Shown here: positions 48,646 through 58,845 of the stretch, one piece after another
Position numbering within the stretch: the first letter of the stretch is position 1
Layout: each line of letters opens with the position of its first letter
Assembly (NCBI GenBank): GCA_965224025.1
Contig: OZ245033.1
Location: forward strand, 320,001 to 384,000
Direction: 5' to 3'
DNA from: Candidatus Multivorans sp.
Lineage (GTDB): Bacteria; Acidobacteriota; Thermoanaerobaculia; Multivoradales; Multivoraceae
Length of the DNA stretch: 64,000 nt
The notes under the pieces: model-generated
What the model was told of the DNA's origin: nothing
Databases searched by the model: none
Seen by the model: the letters and a program-made list of their open reading frames with translations, nothing else
Position numbers and translations under genes: made by a program

Positions 48646-48677
48646 AGCAGCGGTGAAGTAGCATTCGCGCCTTCCGA

Positions 48678-50807
48678 ATGAAGTGCTCAAGCCGCCTGAC
48701 CTGCGCCCGGCTCGGGGTGCTGCTCCTCGGTGCCGGCGTCGGCGCCCAGGAAACCGGTTTCGAGCCGGTCACCCAGGAGATGCTGCGCAACCCGGAACCG
48801 GGCCAGTGGCTCCACTGGCGGGGGACGCAGAACGCATGGGGCTACAGCCCGCTCGACCAGATCACCACCGAGAACGTCGGGCAGCTTCAATTGGTCTGGG
48901 CGTGGGCGATGGACGACACCGGCCCGCAGGAGGCGGCGCCCCTCATCCACGGCGGCGTCATGTACGTGCCGAATCCGGGCAACGTCGTCCAGGCCCTGCA
49001 CGCGGCGAACGGCGACCTGATCTGGGAGTACCGCCCGGAACAGGTCGGCGACGGTAGCGGCGCCTTCGGCCGCGGGGTGCAGAAGAACATCGCGATCTAC
49101 GGCGACCGGATCTTCGGCGCCAGTTCGCGAGCAACGATCTTCGCCCTCGACGCCCGCAACGGGAAGCTGATCTGGGAGACCCGGACCGCCGACACGAGCC
49201 TCGGCTACCGCTACTCCGCCGGCCCGATCGTCGCCAACGGCAAGCTGGTCACCGGCATCACCGGCTGCGGCCGCTACAAGGACGACGTCTGCTTCATCAC
49301 CGGCCACGATCCGGCGACCGGCGAGGAACTCTGGCGCACCTCCACGATCGCTCGTCCCGGAGAGCCGGGCGGCGACACCTGGGGCGACCTGCCCTTGCGC
49401 TTCCGCGCCGGCAGCGACGCCTGGATCGCCGGCAGCTACGACCCGGACCTGAACATCGTCTACTGGGCCACGTCCCAAGCCAAGCCCTGGGCCCGGTCCG
49501 TGCGCGGCACGGACGGCGACGCGCTGTACACGAACTCGAGCCTCGCGCTCGACCCCGACACCGGGAAACTGCTCTGGTACTACCAGTACCTCCCCGGCGA
49601 GACCCACGACATGGACGAGGTATTCGAGTCGCTCCTCATCGATGTCGACGGCCGCAAGCAGCTCTTCAAGATGGGCAAGCTCGGCATCCTCTGGCAGCTC
49701 GACCGGGAAACCGGCGAGTTCCTGAACGCCACCGACATCGGCTACCAGAACCTCGTCGACGTGGACCGGGAAACGGGCGAGGTGACCTACCGCCCGGAGC
49801 TGATCCCGGAGATCGGCGTCGAGATCAACATGTGCCCGAGCACGTCCGGCTTCAAGGGCTGGCGGGCGATGTCCTACAACCCGAACACCCGGGCGCTCTA
49901 CATCCCGGTCACCCTGAACTGCGAGCTGGCGACGTTCGGCCCGGTCGAGCGCGTCCTCGGCGGCGGCGGTGCGGGGCCGGTCAAGCGGATCAACACCCTG
50001 CACCCGTACTCGGACGGCAACCTCGGCGAGCTGCTCGTGATCGACGTCAAGGAGGGGGACATCATGTGGCGGCACCGCACGGAGTCGCCGATCAACACCG
50101 CCGCCCTGTCTACCGGGGGAGGCGTGGTCTTCGCCGGCGACTACGACCGCTACGTGTACGCCTACGAAGCGCGGACCGGCGCGATCCTCTGGCAGACGCG
50201 GCTACCCACGTCCGCCCAGGGATTCCCGGTGACCTACCTCGCCGGCGGTCGCCAGTACGTGGCGATTCCGGTTGGAACCGGCGGCGCCAGTTGGGCGACG
50301 ATGGTGCCGAGGGATCTCATCCCCCACATTCGCCGTCCGACCAACGGCAACTCGATCCACGTATTCGCGCTGCCGGCGGACATGCCGGTTGAGACCGCCC
50401 GGACCCGCACCACGACGGCGGACCGCGACACCACGGAGGCGACCGCCGCCTCCCGGACCGTCTGGGACGGCGTCTACACCGCCGAGCAGGCCGAGCGCGG
50501 CCTCGGGCCGTACCTTGCGAACTGCGCGACCTGCCACGGCGAGGACCTCGGCGGAGGCAGCAACTCGCCGGGCCTGACCGGCGTCAGCTTCCAGTTCCTG
50601 TGGGGCGACAAGACCCTCCACGAGCTGTTCGAGGCAATCCGCACGACGATGCCGACCGACAACCCGGCCAGCTTGCCCCGGGACACCTACCTCGACATCC
50701 TGACCTACATGCTGCAGGTCAACGAGTTCCCAACGGGCGACGCCGAACTCGACGTCGATCCCGCGGCCCTCGGCAACGTCCTGATCACCGGCAAGCCCGA
50801 CGCGTAA
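48678..50807 (+). CDS. PQQ-dependent dehydrogenase with C-terminal cytochrome c domain
   Basis: YSPLDQITTENVGQLQLVW, repeated A/G-x-x-G-x-x-x-W propeller motifs, GRQYVAI; VWDGVYT…CATCHG…MP. Confidence 0.88.
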   Translation: MKCSSRLTCARLGVLLLGAGVGAQETGFEPVTQEMLRNPEPGQWLHWRGTQNAWGYSPLDQITTENVGQLQLVWAWAMDDTGPQEAAPLIHGGVMYVPNPGNVVQALHAANGDLIWEYRPEQVGDGSGAFGRGVQKNIAIYGDRIFGASSRATIFALDARNGKLIWETRTADTSLGYRYSAGPIVANGKLVTGITGCGRYKDDVCFITGHDPATGEELWRTSTIARPGEPGGDTWGDLPLRFRAGSDAWIAGSYDPDLNIVYWATSQAKPWARSVRGTDGDALYTNSSLALDPDTGKLLWYYQYLPGETHDMDEVFESLLIDVDGRKQLFKMGKLGILWQLDRETGEFLNATDIGYQNLVDVDRETGEVTYRPELIPEIGVEINMCPSTSGFKGWRAMSYNPNTRALYIPVTLNCELATFGPVERVLGGGGAGPVKRINTLHPYSDGNLGELLVIDVKEGDIMWRHRTESPINTAALSTGGGVVFAGDYDRYVYAYEARTGAILWQTRLPTSAQGFPVTYLAGGRQYVAIPVGTGGASWATMVPRDLIPHIRRPTNGNSIHVFALPADMPVETARTRTTTADRDTTEATAASRTVWDGVYTAEQAERGLGPYLANCATCHGEDLGGGSNSPGLTGVSFQFLWGDKTLHELFEAIRTTMPTDNPASLPRDTYLDILTYMLQVNEFPTGDAELDVDPAALGNVLITGKPDA

Positions 50808-51115
50808 CACTGCGTGCGCGGGTCTCGGCACGGCCTCCACCAGCAGCGCCAGCGCGCCCTGCAACGCCGCCCCGGAATGGCCGCTAAACGACGGTGATCA
50901 ATAGCTTAGGCGAAAGTCCGCCAGTGGCGTTAGGGAGGCATCTCAAGATGCGCGTGAGGCACCTCTTCTGGTCCCCCACCGAGGGCCGGGACGTCAACGA
51001 GTTCGCAGGCTGACGCAACATCCGAGCAACGGATACGCTCGATCAAACGCGCTCTTTGCCCGCCCCATGATCGGAAACACACAATGTTACAAACAACTGC
51101 TCGCCCCACTATACC

Positions 51116-51781
51116 CTAGTCAATCTTCCCTCGGTTTTCGGCAAGCTCTCTCAGTCTCTCCAAGCGGCCAGGGGTCTCGTAGAGTTCTCTTGCCACTTCC
51201 TCTAGAAAAGCAAAGAGGCCGGAGGCTTCTTCGCGGCTCCACTCTTCGTCAAAGTCGTGGGCCGCATCGTTTCCGCTGTCCTTCAGCCGCCCGAAGATCT
51301 CGATCAGCATCGGTCGCAGTTCGTCTTTCATGCTCCTTATGCGGTCATAAAGAGTTTTTCCCGATGCACCTTTGTCGATCAAAGCCGCGTCCAGACCTGC
51401 CCGCGTCATCACAACCGACGCCCGAAAGCAGCCCGCTGCTAGGCACTGCGCTGCTTCTCGATACAGCCCCTTGATCTCGGATGGAAGATAGCTCGGCACC
51501 TTGACCCTCGCTGTCGGCCACATCGCAACCACGCGCCACTCGAGTCTGCTTCTTTCCCGTGGCGACCGCTCGTAGGACTGCACCACTAAACTCTGTTGCT
51601 GACATGCTTGGCAAACACATACTAGGAAGCGTTCATCGTGCGTTTGCGGGGGACTAAGGTCGAAGCCAGGGCGTTCGCCAACGTCAAACTTGAATTCCGC
51701 ATAAGCGCCACAACGCCGACACGTTCCGCCAGCGTCTTCGATTGTCGGCACTTTAAGCTTCCGTTTGCGGTCGTCGAGCAT
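51116..51781 (-). CDS. DUF4145 (HEPN-like) protein with N-terminal Zn-finger
   Basis: CRRC…CQAC; YREAAQC…ASVVMTRAGLD; LYDRI; RLKDSGNDAAH. Confidence 0.75.
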   Translation of the reverse strand: MLDDRKRKLKVPTIEDAGGTCRRCGAYAEFKFDVGERPGFDLSPPQTHDERFLVCVCQACQQQSLVVQSYERSPRERSRLEWRVVAMWPTARVKVPSYLPSEIKGLYREAAQCLAAGCFRASVVMTRAGLDAALIDKGASGKTLYDRIRSMKDELRPMLIEIFGRLKDSGNDAAHDFDEEWSREEASGLFAFLEEVARELYETPGRLERLRELAENRGKID

Positions 51782-51854
51782 TCTAAGTCACTTCCGTAAG
51801 TAATCAAGTGTACGTGGTCAATAACTATAGTGTGCAAGGGACAACATCGCCCAA

Positions 51855-53306
51855 TCAGAGCCTCTTCTCCCACAGCGCCAAGCCGCGCTCAATCGCCTCG
51901 TCCAGCCACTTGCGGAAGCGCGGCTCGATCTCTTCGACCTCCTCCTTGTAGTTGATCCGGAACACGTCAGCGCAAAGTGGTCGCTCCTCAGTTGACTCCA
52001 TTCGGTCGTCGTCACTCAGAATCTGTCGAAACCAAGTCGCGGAGCAGGCCAGTACGCCCCGGAACTCGTGACCGATCGAGTGAAAGGAGATAAGGACGTT
52101 GGCCTGGGTTCCCTTCTGGTTCGCCTCCGCGATGCCTAGACGCACCCAGGAACAATGTTGGTCCGTGTTTGCGAAGTAGCCAAGCTCCTTGGCTGTCGAG
52201 ATGACCTGGCGTCTGAACCAGTGGCTCCGCTCCCCTTGGTCGATCTCGCTGATACCAAAGAACTGGAAGTCGGTAGTAGCGGACAAAGCCGCGTCGAGTT
52301 CCGCTCGAACTTCGAGTATCCGCCGGTCGGCCCTCTCGTGAAGCCTGTCTGCGATTGAGACGGCCGTGTTCCACTCCCTCGCGATCTCCTTCCTTCTCCG
52401 GGCGAGCCGCCGGCCGATGCCCCGAATGCGGAGATCGACCCGCGCTTCCTTCTCGACCTCTCTCGCTAGGCTGATTGCGTTCAGAAATTCCTTCTTCTGG
52501 AGGGCGGAGAAGAACCCGACAAGCGGCCCCAGATCTCCTCCGTCCGCGTCTTCCAAAGTCTGGATGTAGTCTGCTCGCCTAGCATCGCGAACGACTAGGG
52601 GTAGCCAGTCGGCCTGGATGAAGACAAGCGTCGCGAGCGCCCTTGCCACCCGCCCGTTTCCGTCCTGGAACGGATGAATCTGCGCGAAGCGATGGTGGAG
52701 CCAAGCCGCTTCAACCTCCGGCGCGGCTTCACCGTGTCGCTGGTGCAACTCCATGAGGCGGTCCATCTCTGCCGTGACGTGCTCGGGCGGGCAGTACTCG
52801 TGAACGCTTCCGTCTTCTCGGGTCGGGTTGTTGGGTCGCCTCTTGTAGTCGCCCTTTCGCAACACGATCGTCGTCTTGCGGCCAAACTGGTCACGGCCTT
52901 CGGCGAAGTCCTGGTGACGCGTGAACAGATGATGGAGTTCCTTGACGTAGCTTGTGGAGAGGGCCCGATCCCTCTTCACGAACGAGAAGAGGCTCTCGAT
53001 GGCGTTCTTCTGGTCGCCGATCATCGCGACCTTCTCCTCCCCTAGGCCCGACCGATGAGGGATCAGAGCGGCGTCGATTCCACGCTCGATCAGGAGTTCA
53101 GTCACGCCCCGGTCGAGATCGTAGAGCCGCTCTATCAGTCCCGTCTCGACCGCCCATTCCCGCTTAAGACGTTCGGTGAACTGCTCAAGACCCTCGAGTC
53201 CTGACTTCTGTTCCTTCCAGACGGCCGACAGAGCAGCCAATTCGGGATCGGCTAGATCGCCTGGATGAACCTCGTAGTCGCTGATCGGTTTCCACTGATG
53301 AGCCAT
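51855..53306 (-). CDS. Fic family protein
   Basis: HPFQDGNGRVAR; N-terminal ETGLIE resembles the inhibitory motif; GGAGG RBS. Confidence 0.92.
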   Translation of the reverse strand: MAHQWKPISDYEVHPGDLADPELAALSAVWKEQKSGLEGLEQFTERLKREWAVETGLIERLYDLDRGVTELLIERGIDAALIPHRSGLGEEKVAMIGDQKNAIESLFSFVKRDRALSTSYVKELHHLFTRHQDFAEGRDQFGRKTTIVLRKGDYKRRPNNPTREDGSVHEYCPPEHVTAEMDRLMELHQRHGEAAPEVEAAWLHHRFAQIHPFQDGNGRVARALATLVFIQADWLPLVVRDARRADYIQTLEDADGGDLGPLVGFFSALQKKEFLNAISLAREVEKEARVDLRIRGIGRRLARRRKEIAREWNTAVSIADRLHERADRRILEVRAELDAALSATTDFQFFGISEIDQGERSHWFRRQVISTAKELGYFANTDQHCSWVRLGIAEANQKGTQANVLISFHSIGHEFRGVLACSATWFRQILSDDDRMESTEERPLCADVFRINYKEEVEEIEPRFRKWLDEAIERGLALWEKRL

Positions 53307-53420
53307 TCAACCTCCGTACCGTGTGTTCGCCAGGAGCGACGGCTCCCGGATGCCATCCTTTCTAGTTCCGGCCGAGTCCGCAAGCGCCGAGACTTCTGGC
53401 GAGGACACTAGCTCGGGCTC

Positions 53421-56048
53421 CTAAGCGCCTGTCTTCTCGCCAATCTGAGACGCCACGTCCTTGCCCTGGACCGACTTCTCGGCCATGAGGAACAGCCCCT
53501 TACCACCGCTCGAGCGTTCCCAGAGCTCACCAATGGCTCGTTTCTCGCGTGCGTCCTCCAACATGTGAGCGCCCTTGTACTCGACGACCAGGAGCCGCCC
53601 GTCGTCCAACAGCGCCAGGAAATCAGGATAGAACTTGCCGGTTGCGGTGGGCAACCAGAAGGACTCGGCGTGCCTCGCGACGTTACGGACCCATAACCGA
53701 ACACCGGCCAAGCTGTCGATCGCCTGGGCACACTGGAACTCCTCGCCATCAAGCGCCCCGTCGAAGGCGGGAACCCTGTCGGGGCCGAGGAAGTGCCGAT
53801 TCGGCCTCCACGGACCTCGATAGACGCGTTGGCCCTCGTACATGCCATCCCGAAACTCGAAGGCATGGTCAAACGACACCTCGACCTTGGCACCCGGCTC
53901 GAACAGGAATCGAGCGTACACGCGCTCCCGCTCCATTCTGCGAATTTCTGCGATCTTGCCACTCACCTTCCGCGCAAGGATGAACTTGCACCGCATCAAG
54001 GCAGCGATGCTCATTCCGCGAGCGCCCGTCAGGTGGCCAACAAGTTTGCTCAGCCAGCGGATCAACTCGCCCTGGCCGATGTCTGGCTGGCGGACTTGAC
54101 GGTCGAGCCACAGGACCAGCGCGGTGTCGGTCCATCCCTCAACGTCTACGTCGAGAGCCAACTGCTCCTCCACGGCCGTTAGTTGATAGGTGAGGCGTCT
54201 GCCGTCCAAGTCGATCTTGAAGCTGCGAGCGGTCTCCCGGATGGCGAACTCGGCCTCGCCGAGCATAGCCGTGTGCCCCTGCAGCCCCCAGTCGTGGCTC
54301 TCCACGAACAGGTCCGTGTCGGCGAAGTCGAGCCTGCCTTGGACGACTGACATCAACCGTGGAACCTCCAGAACTTCTCCGCGCTCGGCAGGCGATAGCA
54401 AACGCTCGATTCGCAGCCGGTGGGTCGCGACTTCCCGAGCGAACCTCCCACGCTCCGCTCTGGGCAGCGCATCGAGCATCGCCTTCTCCCGTTCGCCATC
54501 TACTTCACCTACCGCCACGAGTTCCGCCCGGCCCCCGCCCCGCCGGTTGATCTCGAATCCCAGCCCCCTCAACCCTTCAAGCTCACCTTCCGTGACTTCG
54601 ACAACATGGTTGAACGTCGGCGCCGGGGCCGGCGCCGGTGGCGTGAACAGGTCGCCGTTCCGGTCGAACTCGCCCTGCACCGGCTCAATACTGTCCCAGG
54701 CCTCCTCTTCGTCGAACCCCATCTTCTTCACCAGCTTGTCGACCAGAGCCCGCGCCGCTTCGCCGGCAACCGGCTCCGAGAAAAAGGCGTAGGCCCTGTT
54801 GAGTGCGTCCGCTTCGCGCTTTCTGGCGTAGGGCATGCGGAGCACACGCCCCAGGAGTTGTTCGACATCGGTGGCGCTTCGAAGACGGCAGACGGAACAG
54901 AACGCGTAGGCGAAGGAACAATCCCAGCCTTCCTTGAGCGCCTCGACCGTGATCACGTGCTCGATCAGGCAGGTGGGGTCGAACAGATCGATGCCGTCCA
55001 GTTCCCGCTGAGTGCCGGTTGCGACAGCGATTCGCTCTTCCGGCACCCTCTCGACGTCGATCAGGTGCTGCTTCAACGCGTCAACCGTGACCTCCTGGTT
55101 CTTCGGCTGAGCCTGAAACAACACAATGGGCCGGATCAGGTCCTTCTCGCCCGCGGCATCAGCGGCCAGGGACGCACGCATCTGAACCGCGCCGTTGACC
55201 GCGTTCTGCCAGGAGTCGTGCTCCGAAAGCATGACCGGCAGCTTGATCATCTCCTCGGCCTTGAGCTCCCTCGCCGTAACGCTGTGGAGGATGTTCGACT
55301 TCTCTCGCGGAGTGGCCGTGAACTCCACGATCGCACAGGGTTTCACACGCGCCTGCATCTCCTGGCTCAAGCCGGTGACCGCGTTGTGGGCCTCGTCGAC
55401 GATCAGCAACGGCCGGTGCAAGTGCATCAGGTTGGCGAAAGAAAACCTGGGGCTGCCGTCAGCCAGCGTCTCAAGACCCTCCTGCGACCCTGCGATGCGG
55501 CTGAAGTGCGTCTCCAGGTTCTCGTTGTGGGCGTAGACCTTGCGCCCCTCCGTACTCTTGACGCGCAGTGTCTGGATGGTTCCGACCACGATGCAGCAGT
55601 GGTCACGGAGGTCGTGCGGGCGGATGTGGGTGAAGTCGGCGATGTCGAAGATCCGCACCCGGCCATCGAACGCGTCGTCCAGGGCCTGCCGATAGGGGTG
55701 CGCGGGATCCTTAAGGGCTTCCGCCGTCTGGTGCCGGATTGTCTTCGTCGGAACCAGCCATAGCACCATCGGCCAGTCCCTCTCAATCCAGGCATCACGC
55801 GCCACGGCGACTGCGTGAGCTGCCAGGATCGTCTTACCCCCTCCAGTCGGCAGACGCAAGCAGACGTACGGCACCCCCGGCAGGCCCGCGCGAGGCTGGT
55901 ACGCGTCCTGGTAGCGGCCGAGCCGTTCGGCCTGCTCCGCCTCCCGCGTGATCTCTCCGTAGGCTGCTTCCGCGCCGGCAACACGCGCCTCCTCAAGGAA
56001 ACGGCGCAGGATGGCCAACGTCTCGGCCTGATACAGCTTGAGCTTCAC
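53421..56048 (-). CDS. res: Type III restriction-modification Res subunit (SF2 helicase plus nuclease)
   Basis: LPTGGGKT, DEAH, FTATP, LKEGWD, QLLGRVLR; C-terminal FYPDF…VEYKG. Confidence 0.88.
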   Translation of the reverse strand: MKLKLYQAETLAILRRFLEEARVAGAEAAYGEITREAEQAERLGRYQDAYQPRAGLPGVPYVCLRLPTGGGKTILAAHAVAVARDAWIERDWPMVLWLVPTKTIRHQTAEALKDPAHPYRQALDDAFDGRVRIFDIADFTHIRPHDLRDHCCIVVGTIQTLRVKSTEGRKVYAHNENLETHFSRIAGSQEGLETLADGSPRFSFANLMHLHRPLLIVDEAHNAVTGLSQEMQARVKPCAIVEFTATPREKSNILHSVTARELKAEEMIKLPVMLSEHDSWQNAVNGAVQMRASLAADAAGEKDLIRPIVLFQAQPKNQEVTVDALKQHLIDVERVPEERIAVATGTQRELDGIDLFDPTCLIEHVITVEALKEGWDCSFAYAFCSVCRLRSATDVEQLLGRVLRMPYARKREADALNRAYAFFSEPVAGEAARALVDKLVKKMGFDEEEAWDSIEPVQGEFDRNGDLFTPPAPAPAPTFNHVVEVTEGELEGLRGLGFEINRRGGGRAELVAVGEVDGEREKAMLDALPRAERGRFAREVATHRLRIERLLSPAERGEVLEVPRLMSVVQGRLDFADTDLFVESHDWGLQGHTAMLGEAEFAIRETARSFKIDLDGRRLTYQLTAVEEQLALDVDVEGWTDTALVLWLDRQVRQPDIGQGELIRWLSKLVGHLTGARGMSIAALMRCKFILARKVSGKIAEIRRMERERVYARFLFEPGAKVEVSFDHAFEFRDGMYEGQRVYRGPWRPNRHFLGPDRVPAFDGALDGEEFQCAQAIDSLAGVRLWVRNVARHAESFWLPTATGKFYPDFLALLDDGRLLVVEYKGAHMLEDAREKRAIGELWERSSGGKGLFLMAEKSVQGKDVASQIGEKTGA

Positions 56049-56060
56049 GCGGAGCTGACG

Positions 56061-57193
56061 CTAAGCCCGCGCCTTCACGTCGTAGGGCGTCTGCTTGAAC
56101 GTGATGCGTTCGCGCTCCAGCGTCGGCAACTGCAACCGGCAGCTCTCGCCGTAGACGGTGAGCCGCCCATCGAAACCCGGAGCAGTCCGGGCGGCCTCTT
56201 TGCGAATGAAGTCAAGCGTCGCCCGGGTCAAGACGTTGCCACCACCTGGCCGGCGGTCTCCCAACACGCCATTGTAGAGCAGCGCCCAACCCTCGCCCTC
56301 GTGAATGCCCAGGAGGGGTGACTGGCCGCCACCGCTCCACGGCCGCCCCGTCTCCGAGAACCAGACATGCGCCGCCAGAACACGAAACGAAATGTCGGCC
56401 CGGATCCGGCCCTCGGCGTCGAACGCGCGCGGTCCGAGCCGGTAGAAGCGAAAGCCGCCGCCGCCTTGCCACTCGACGCTCTTCGAGATGCCACCCTGCT
56501 CTCCCTCGATCACCTTGCGCAGCCGCGGCGCGCAGTGCGTGACGGCGTGCTCCCCCATCTCCACGCCAATCCAGCGACGACCCATCTTGTGCGCCACAGC
56601 GGCGGTCGTTCCGGAGCCGAGGAACGAGTCGAGCACCAGGTCGCCCGGGTCCGTCGCTGCCTCAAGCACGTACCGGATAAGACCCTCTGGCTTTGGGAAG
56701 TTGAACTTGTCCGCTAGACCAAAGAGCGCCATGCTCTCAAGCGTGCCGTGCTGAGTGTAGTGACCCTCAATCAGAGTCATCGGCTTGCGTTTTCTCTCCT
56801 CTCCAGTCTCGTCTCGAAGGTAATGTTTGTATGAGACGACCGTCCGTTCTCCCCTCCTGCGGAAGACCAGCCCGTCATTCTCCAGAGCTCGATACGTCCT
56901 CTCCTTCGACCACTGCCATTGCTTCTCCGGCCACACGCAGGAACCATCCGGCAGGTTTATGCCATATCGCAAGTTGGGCCGATCATCCATGCTGGTCGTT
57001 GCCAAGGGCTGCAAGCGGTACGGCCCGCGGACACCGAATCGCTCATCCTGGTACTTGTAGTACTTCTTGATCGTTTCGGGGGAGGGAGGCAGGAACATAT
57101 GTGGAAGGAGATCCTTCGACCTCGCGAAACAAAGCACGTGCTCATGAAGGCCAACGAACCACTTCGACTTCGCTCCTCCGCCGTAACTTTTCC
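56061..57193 (-). pseudogene. mod: Type III Mod DNA methyltransferase, 5' part missing at the ISL3 boundary
   Basis: FPKPE and VLDSFLGSGTTAAVAHKMGRRWIG are present. The frame continues upstream of the track start (KSYGGGAKSKWFVGLHEHVLCFAR) to the IS end. No DPPY motif on either side of the IS. Confidence 0.85.
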
Positions 57194-58691
57194 GCCTCTT
57201 TCGAGTTGCGAGTGGGTAGGGCGCGGGCGAGTGCAGATGCTGAGGGGGTCTTGGGATAGCGGCCTCCGCCGCCGTAGCCGCCGCCGTCGGGCTGTGGAAT
57301 CTGCGGAAGACCGGTAGCGGCGAGGGCGCAAGCTGTCCGGTGGGGAGGGCGTTCGCGGCGATTTCGGGTGGTGGCGGTAGTCGCGGGCGATCGGAATGAG
57401 CAAGACTCGTCTCTCCTGTTCCGACTGAAGGAGGACGAGAGATGCAGAGGGAATTGTTCGCGAGAGCGCTGGGCGTGTCGGCGCCGTGGTTCGTTGACGG
57501 CGTGGACTTCTGTGAGAGGGAGCGTCGGTTGACGATACGGATCGACTTCAGGAAGGGCAGCCGATTCGCCCACGAGGGGGACGGCGGTTCTCATCCGGTG
57601 CACGACACGCAGATCAAGCGCTATCGGCACCTCAACTTCTTCCAGCACGAGTGCCTGCTCGAGGCGCGAGTGCCCCGTGTGCGACTCCCCGACCAGCGGG
57701 TGGCGTTGGTGACTCCGCCCTGGTCGGGCAGATTGTCCGGCTTCACGCTGCTGTTCGAAGCCTTGATTCTGGCCATGTGCCGAGACATGACCTTCGCTGC
57801 GGTGGCCCGGTTGACCGGGGTGTCGTGGCATCGGGTGCACGCGATCTGCAAGCGCTACGTCGAGCTGGCGGTCGACCGGGACGACCTCTCCGAACTGCGC
57901 CACGTGGCCATTGACGAGACTTCCCGCGCCAAGGGGCACGACTACGTGACCGCGGTCGCCGACAGCGAGCGCCGGCGCGTGGTGTTCCTCGCCGAGGGAC
58001 GCAAGTCCGGCACGATCGAGGAGTTCGCCGACGATCTGCAAAGGCGCGGCGGCGATCCCGCCGCGATCAGCCGGGCGTCCATCGACATGTCGGCCGCCTT
58101 CCTCAAGGGCGTCGCCGAGAATCTCCCCAACGCCGAGGTGACCCTCGACAAGTTCCACGTCATGGCCCTGGCCTCGAAGGCGGTGGACGAGACCCGGCGC
58201 CTCGAACAGCGCCTCGATCCGTCGCTGAAGGGCCTGCGCTGGACGCTGCTCAAGAACCGCGACTCCCTGACGCCGGCCCAACGGGCCGACCTCGACCGCT
58301 TCGTCAAGAGGGTCGCCAGCCGACGCACCGCACGCGCCTGGCTCTATCGGGAGCAACTCCGCGAAATTCTCAACCGCAAGCAGATCAACGTCGTGCTGCG
58401 AATGCTCCATCAGTGGTGCACCAACGTGAACCGCTCCAAGGTCGAACCCATGAAGGCCGTCGCCCGCACCATCCGAAAGCACCTGCAAGCGATCGCTGCC
58501 TGGGCGCGAACCCGGCAGACCAACGGCTTCCTCGAAGCCCTCAACGGACTCTTCCAGTCCGCCAAACGCAAGGCCAGAGGCTACAAGCGATTCGACACCA
58601 TACGCATCGCCTTCTTCCTCATCGCCGGCAAACTCGACTTCCACACGCTCAACCCGCACACCGCTTGACCCACTCGTAATTCAAAAGAGCC
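57194..58691 (+). mobile_element. ISL3-family insertion sequence (1498 bp)
   Basis: 24-bp inverted repeats with 20/24 match: GCCTCTTTCGAGTTGCGAGTGGGT (57194-57217) and ACCCACTCGTAATTCAAAAGAGCC (58668-58691). No 8-bp target duplication. Confidence 0.9.
57442..58668 (+). CDS. ISL3 family transposase
   Basis: RHLNFFQHEC, AIDETS, IDMS, DKFHV, TNGFLEALN, ARGYK. Confidence 0.95.
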   Translation: MQRELFARALGVSAPWFVDGVDFCERERRLTIRIDFRKGSRFAHEGDGGSHPVHDTQIKRYRHLNFFQHECLLEARVPRVRLPDQRVALVTPPWSGRLSGFTLLFEALILAMCRDMTFAAVARLTGVSWHRVHAICKRYVELAVDRDDLSELRHVAIDETSRAKGHDYVTAVADSERRRVVFLAEGRKSGTIEEFADDLQRRGGDPAAISRASIDMSAAFLKGVAENLPNAEVTLDKFHVMALASKAVDETRRLEQRLDPSLKGLRWTLLKNRDSLTPAQRADLDRFVKRVASRRTARAWLYREQLREILNRKQINVVLRMLHQWCTNVNRSKVEPMKAVARTIRKHLQAIAAWARTRQTNGFLEALNGLFQSAKRKARGYKRFDTIRIAFFLIAGKLDFHTLNPHTA

Positions 58692-58845
58692 TTCCAAGTT
58701 CGCGCACATATCTCGGACCCTTCAGCATGGACCTCATCGGTCGATCACCCCAACTCGCACAACATCTCTTTCGTGTGCTCGCCATGGGCCGGCGGGTGCC
58801 CGCGAATTTTGGCCGGGCGATAGAAGAAAGTCCAAAGGAGAAGAG

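Noticed and set aside
49590-49630. D-x-D motif (HDMDE) as a sign of a lanthanide-dependent PQQ enzyme
   Set aside because: The extra Asp is diagnostic mainly within the XoxF/ExaF clades. D-M-D also occurs in non-lanthanide glucose dehydrogenases, and this protein lacks the vicinal CC.
50808-51115. tRNA, tmRNA or att site at the defence islet boundary
   Set aside because: No cloverleaf, no T-arm motif with acceptor stem, no matching direct repeat at the other end, and no integrase.
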